Positions 60,301 to 64,000 of a DNA stretch of 64,000 nucleotides are shown piece by piece (the first letter of the stretch is position 1; each line of letters opens with the position of its first letter). The stretch spans positions 864,001 through 928,000 of the forward strand of contig CAWGMQ010000010.1 of the NCBI GenBank assembly GCA_963823665.1, given 5' to 3'. The notes below the pieces were generated by a model that was given only the letters and a program-made list of their open reading frames with translations, did not search any database and was not told the origin of the DNA. The DNA is from an uncultured Planctomycetota bacterium. GTDB lineage: Bacteria > Planctomycetota > Planctomycetia > Isosphaerales > Isosphaeraceae. The position numbers were made by a program, and so were the translations under genes.

Positions 60301-61294
60301 CTCGCCCGGTATAGGCCGGCCCGCCGGACAGGATCTCACAAAGGATCGAGCCCAGCCCGAACACGTCGGCCCGCCGATCGACGCGCTCAACTTCGCCCGC
60401 TGCCTGCTCAGGCGCCATGTACGCGGGCGTGCCCAGAACGCTGCCGGCCTGCGATTGGTCGACGTCGGAGCCGCTGCGCACCGTCGCGATCACGCTCACC
60501 TCCGGCGCGGGCTGGTCCGCAGGCTCGTCGGCCACGCCGCCTTCCTTCAATACCTTGGCCAGCCCCCAGTCCATCACCTGGACTTCGCCGAATGAGCCAA
60601 CCATCACGTTCGACGGCTTCAAGTCACGATGGATCACGCCGCGAGCGTGTGCGTAAGCCAACGTCTGGCAGACGGCCTCGAAGATGCCGAGGAAGCGCGG
60701 AAGATCGTGCGCGGCAGATTGGCGTTCGGCCAGCAGCGCCGAGAGCGTCCGGCCCTTCACCAGCTTCATTGTGAAATACGGCCGGCGATCGGCGAACGCG
60801 CCCAGCTCGTAGACCGGCACGATGCCGGGATGCTGGAGCTGCCCGCCGATCTGCGCTTCCTCGACGAACCGGCGAACCAGCTCGGGCTTGTCGTGATGGC
60901 TTTCGAGCAAAACCTTCACGGCCAGGTCGCGGCCGAGGTCCGGGTCGCGGCCCTTGAGCACTGCCCCCATGCCGCCACGTGCGATCTCGCCGAAGAGCTG
61001 GTAGCGGTCGCCCCGCTCGCCGGGGCCGGGCATCTCGTCCGACGATGGCTTGATGATGGCGACGCCCGCGTCATCGGTCGCCGTGTCGGGAAGCAGGACC
61101 CTCGGAATCGGCCCGATCGATCGCGCCAGCGACTCGAGAACACGTCCCGGCTGAGTCGGCTCGAAGCCGAACGTCATCTCCTCCCCCGAGGCATCGAGCC
61201 CGGCGCGGAGCATGCAGACCGGGCAAGACGTGCCCGCAGGTGCGTCGGATCGAAGCGGATTTCCACAACGGTTGCAGCGGCGAGGCTCGGTCAT
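57341..61294 (-). CDS. Hanks-type Ser/Thr kinase with N-terminal CxxC zinc ribbon, TM helix and long TPR array
   Basis: CNRC...CPVC; ARGGMGAV, AVK, HRDLKPSN, DWGLA, GTPAYMAPEQ; more than 10 TPRs (AHSNLG...YREAIRIKPD). Confidence 0.95.
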   Translation of the reverse strand: MTEPRRCNRCGNPLRSDAPAGTSCPVCMLRAGLDASGEEMTFGFEPTQPGRVLESLARSIGPIPRVLLPDTATDDAGVAIIKPSSDEMPGPGERGDRYQLFGEIARGGMGAVLKGRDPDLGRDLAVKVLLESHHDKPELVRRFVEEAQIGGQLQHPGIVPVYELGAFADRRPYFTMKLVKGRTLSALLAERQSAAHDLPRFLGIFEAVCQTLAYAHARGVIHRDLKPSNVMVGSFGEVQVMDWGLAKVLKEGGVADEPADQPAPEVSVIATVRSGSDVDQSQAGSVLGTPAYMAPEQAAGEVERVDRRADVFGLGSILCEILSGGPAYTGRGSGEILRKAMRGDNADALSRLNTCGAEGELIALAKDCMAVETADRPRDAGAVAERMTAYLAGVQARVQAAERERAVAVARAIEERRRRKLQLGLAAALLALTTLGGLSTTYYLQQRAARAAAVDRILGKAVTLREQAAAEPEDLSRWQVALAAVEQVDAGDDGTAQERLMALHSVIKEGLDAARRDRTLLDRLVEIRSAEADDMDGAATDAAYTDAFRDAGIDFAILPPEEAGAKIRARPTSVALVMADAVDDWAEMRRGRGADAAAAARLSAAARVADPEPWRNKLRTTLDQPDKASRLAGLQALAKEAKLDELGAISLQLLGSGLNAAGDRELAESVLRTAQHRHPDDVWVNYVLATVLQKLSRRDEAIRYYIAARAIRPETAHVLAHALSAKGESDEAIEVFRDLTRLNPKNGRHLMCLGQELNSRGPSAEAEAAFNQAVATLREAIRINPDDGVAHFHLGVALCDGKREYAAAEAEFRTAIGLKLDTTVTHSNLGIALANQGKLDPAIAEYRTAIGLRPDNAVAHSILGRALMDQGNLEPAVAEYRTAIRLNPDLASVHYELGNALHKLGRPELAIAEYRTAIQLRPDYVEAHNNLAATLSDQGQLDLAIDEYREAIRIKPDHAGAHSNLGACLSDQGKLDLAITEYREAIRIKPDLAQAHNNLGNALRKQGKLEEAIAECRTTIRLEPNNAHAHSNLGLALASQGKLDDAIVEFRSAVRLKPDFAGPHCELGIVLTRQGKLDLAITEYREAIRIKPDYAEAHCNLGLLLQEKVDAAEVLDLLRKGHELGSRRPGWQYPSAQWVAGAERILALANRLPGIVSGEDKPRDNAERLAFAQMAYKRKHFAVAYRLWSEALENDPKLVDIRRAQHRYNAACAAALVAAGQDKKGPPPDDAAKMRLRRQTLDWLKAELTAWRKILESGPPQARPAIVEVLSHWKQDTDLASVRDAPAVAKLPTDEQNAWQSLWTEVDSLLKRAGSQR

Positions 61295-61389
61295 CTTCCC
61301 GGCTCCGGAAACAGCCAGTGCGTGTCGTCTACCAAGAAGAGACAGAAAAACTGCGCGAGGTCACGAAAAAAATCAGGCTAAAGCCTGCC

Positions 61390-62124
61390 CTACGTCGGAA
61401 GAGCAAGTGCTTCGAGCAACGCGCCAATCTCATCATCGATCTCAGCCGGGTCGGCAACGGTGCGGCCGATCTCATCGCGGAGCCGCTCGCGGTAGCGGCC
61501 GCGAATCCGGTGCGCGGCCATTTTGACCGCACCTTCGGAGAGACCCAGCTCCAGCGCGATCGCCTTGTACGATGCCATCTCCTCCTGGCCCAGCAAGCCC
61601 GGTCGCAGCCGATCGTATAGCGGATTCTTCTCCGGAGCCGCCATCTCGGCGTCGAGGCCAGCAACGACGTGGTCCAGGAGCGTCAAGGCCCATCGCCGAT
61701 TAAAGAGCCGCTCGGCGGTCAAATTGTGCGCCGGCTCGCCGCCGAATCGCGTCTCCGCGTTCATCGCATCGACTGAGACGAACGAACGCCCGCCGCCCCG
61801 TTTGACCGCCCGTTCCCGTGCGTGGGCCTTGGCCAGGAAATGCACGGTGCAAGCCATCAAGAACGAGCGGAACCGCCCGCGCTCTTGCTTCAGCTCGAGA
61901 AGCTCACCGCGTTCCAGCAAATCCGCGAACAGTCCTTGAACCAGGTCTTGCGCCGTCTCCGGGTCGTGCCCCTTGCGGCGAATGAACGCATAGAGAGGAT
62001 ACCAGTAGTCGCCGCAAAGCTGCTCGAGCGCACTGCGAGCCCCGGGTGCCGCGGGGTCACTTGCCAGCAGAATTCGCCCCCAGCAAGTCGTCGGGAAACC
62101 AGACACGAATGAGTCGCCAGGCAC
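61390..62124 (-). CDS. Kinase-associated ECF sigma factor
   Basis: FPTTCW, LCGDYWYPLYAFIRR, TAQDLVQ, GRFRSFL, KRGGG, FNRRWA, SEGAVKMAAHR; GTG start 1 bp after the upstream kinase stop. Confidence 0.9.
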   Translation of the reverse strand: MPGDSFVSGFPTTCWGRILLASDPAAPGARSALEQLCGDYWYPLYAFIRRKGHDPETAQDLVQGLFADLLERGELLELKQERGRFRSFLMACTVHFLAKAHARERAVKRGGGRSFVSVDAMNAETRFGGEPAHNLTAERLFNRRWALTLLDHVVAGLDAEMAAPEKNPLYDRLRPGLLGQEEMASYKAIALELGLSEGAVKMAAHRIRGRYRERLRDEIGRTVADPAEIDDEIGALLEALALPT

Positions 62125-62125
62125 G

Positions 62126-64000
62126 TCAGTGCCCTTTTTCAGTGTTTTTTCGCATCTCTTCAATCAACCCCCGGAATCGCGGATCGGAGTGCACGGTCTC
62201 CAGATCGGGTTCGATTTCAAGCGTGTAGGCGTCATTCCAGCCGGCTTCCTTGGCCTTCTGCAGACTGGCAATCGCCGAGGACGTGTAGCGCTCGGCAAGT
62301 GCCTTGTCATTGCCCACGCAGCCCGCGGCAATCGAGTAGCCGCATGCGGCCTGATAATAGAAGTTCTCATTGGTCGGCGGTGTGGCGGCCAGCACGTCGG
62401 CGATCTTGGCGGCCTCGGCGTGCTCGCCGCACCGCGCCAGAGCGACCATCAGATCGACTTGGGGATACTTGGCCCCTTTCTCGTCCACCATCGACTTTCG
62501 CAGCTCCAGACACCGGCGGTATTCCGCCGCGGCCCCGGCTAGGTCGCCCGAGTGCAGAGCGCACGTTGCATCATAATAGAGCGTTCTCGCGAGCGCGGCT
62601 TTGGTTTCAAGGTTCGAAGGATCGATTTTCACTCGCGCTTCGATCAGATCGAGGGCCTTGCGGTGATACACCCGAGCGGCAGCCGGCTCCGCGCCCTGGG
62701 GATAGCGCAGCATCGCGGCGTTGTTACAGGAAAGGGCCAGGTCGTAGATGCACTGCCACTCGCCAGGGTGTCGCGCCAGGACCTGCTGGCGAATCTCGGT
62801 CGAGCGGTCGTAGCACCGCCGGCCTTCGTCGGACTGGTTCATTCGAATCTTCAAATCACCGAGCTGTTCGTACATGCCGGCAAGCTGCCGGCGCACTTCG
62901 TCGTTCTCCGCGAAGAACAGAGAAAACGACTGGCGAATTGCCTCTTCCTCTGCAAACAAATCGCGTGCTGCCGTCAGATGGCCCAGTTGCTTCTCCGACA
63001 TGGCAAGCTGCCCGAGCGAATTGGCCAGGTCGATCTTGTAGCGGTCGTTGTCGGATTGCTTCTTCACGCACGCCCGATCGATCTCGATCGCTTGCCGAAA
63101 ATAGCTTTGAGCCGTCGCCGTGTCGCCAAGTCGAGTCATCGCGATGAAGCCGAGCTGGCGCCGGCTCTTTGCCAGCATGATCTGCCGATCCAGGTTCTCG
63201 GGATTGTCCCGAACACGCGTTTCGATCAATATATCCATGCGCTTGAGTTGATCCATCGCATCCTTGAACCGGTTGTTCGTAAGACTCAGCTCGGCAAGGC
63301 GCTGATGAGCGCGCGCGAGCGATCTCCAGTTGTTGTCTTCGGCCTTCGGGTCCCAGCCAATGTCCTTGCGCAGGCTGGTCATCGCCTGTGCGGCGGCGTC
63401 CAGGTTGGCGATGGTTCCGTCGAGCACCTCCTTCCGCAAGTCCTCGAGTGCCGGCACGTATCTCAGCTTGTCCTCGAGACTCGACAATAGCGCCATCTCC
63501 GCCTCCACCGACTTGCGGTTCTGTTCGTTGGCCGCCCAGGCCGCCCGTTCGGCGAGCTTCTGCTTGGCCTCGGCCTCTTTTCGTCGCTCTTCAGCCTGGT
63601 TCTTGGCGATACCGAGCGCGACGTTGGCTTCACCGAGCGCCGTATTGGTGTTGATCAGTTCCTGGTTCTGGCGGCCGATGATCACGGCCGACGTCGTACC
63701 ACCGGCGGCGGCAATCAAGAGCAGCCCGGCCGCCGTGGCTGACAAGGTGGCAACCACCTTGTTCCGCAAGCACCACCGCCACAGTCGCTCCGGTTTCGAG
63801 ATCGGCCGCGCCACGATCGGCTCGCTCGCCTCGAAACGGCGCAGGTCTTCGGCCATCGCGGCCACATCGGCATACCTCTTTGCCGGGTCCTTCTCCAGGC
63901 ACTTCAAGCAGATCGTTTCCAGGTCGCGGGGAATCTTCGTTTGGAGCTGTGACGGGGGAACCGGCTCCTTCTTCCTGACCTGGTCGAGCGTGTCCATCAC
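62126..64000 (-). CDS. Ser/Thr kinase (C-lobe end) with TM helix and TPR-like repeats; 5' part lies outside the window
   Basis: PRDLETICLKCLEKDPAKRY, DLRRF...PIVARP, TM helix, helical repeats, YQAACGYS, EPDL. Confidence 0.9.
   Translation of the reverse strand: MMDTLDQVRKKEPVPPSQLQTKIPRDLETICLKCLEKDPAKRYADVAAMAEDLRRFEASEPIVARPISKPERLWRWCLRNKVVATLSATAAGLLLIAAAGGTTSAVIIGRQNQELINTNTALGEANVALGIAKNQAEERRKEAEAKQKLAERAAWAANEQNRKSVEAEMALLSSLEDKLRYVPALEDLRKEVLDGTIANLDAAAQAMTSLRKDIGWDPKAEDNNWRSLARAHQRLAELSLTNNRFKDAMDQLKRMDILIETRVRDNPENLDRQIMLAKSRRQLGFIAMTRLGDTATAQSYFRQAIEIDRACVKKQSDNDRYKIDLANSLGQLAMSEKQLGHLTAARDLFAEEEAIRQSFSLFFAENDEVRRQLAGMYEQLGDLKIRMNQSDEGRRCYDRSTEIRQQVLARHPGEWQCIYDLALSCNNAAMLRYPQGAEPAAARVYHRKALDLIEARVKIDPSNLETKAALARTLYYDATCALHSGDLAGAAAEYRRCLELRKSMVDEKGAKYPQVDLMVALARCGEHAEAAKIADVLAATPPTNENFYYQAACGYSIAAGCVGNDKALAERYTSSAIASLQKAKEAGWNDAYTLEIEPDLETVHSDPRFRGLIEEMRKNTEKGH

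Overview
GC-rich bacterial chromosomal segment that is very likely from Planctomycetota, probably Isosphaeraceae-like. This is inferred from a DUF1501 + PSD1/DUF1549/DUF1553 pair, a TIGR03067 protein, an LEDRRLL secretion motif, an ECF sigma factor with a C-terminal extension, and kinase-ECF clusters. It holds about 55 genes or gene remnants. Housekeeping items are prfB (with its programmed CTT-TGA-C +1 frameshift), tRNA-Sec (selC), RNase D, a CypA-like cyclophilin and a ClC channel. There are also carbohydrate and sulfate enzymes (DUF4038, GH16, arylsulfatase plus FGE) and a Ser/Thr kinase - ECF sigma - Ser/Thr kinase cluster at the right end. About 17 one- to two-base frameshifts interrupt otherwise intact genes and most are probably long-read assembly errors. 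Best leads: (1) two tandem genes fusing a ClpX-type C4 zinc-binding domain to a sigma70 region-4-like domain with altered -35 recognition residues; (2) two non-coding elements with near-identical CGTCA-CGTCA-N18-ACTTACG-N2-TGACG...TGACG geometry that bracket the yciI-HEAT gene pair, next to a deleted and diverged duplicate of that same pair; (3) an array of small RxRLRTLM membrane/coiled-coil paralogs; (4) a duplicated MarR promoter/operator; (5) a three-gene sugar operon collapsed into a chimeric in-frame ORF; (6) several REP-like repeat families. No transposase, integrase, CRISPR array or rRNA was seen. All product calls come from motif recognition by eye; no database searches were run.
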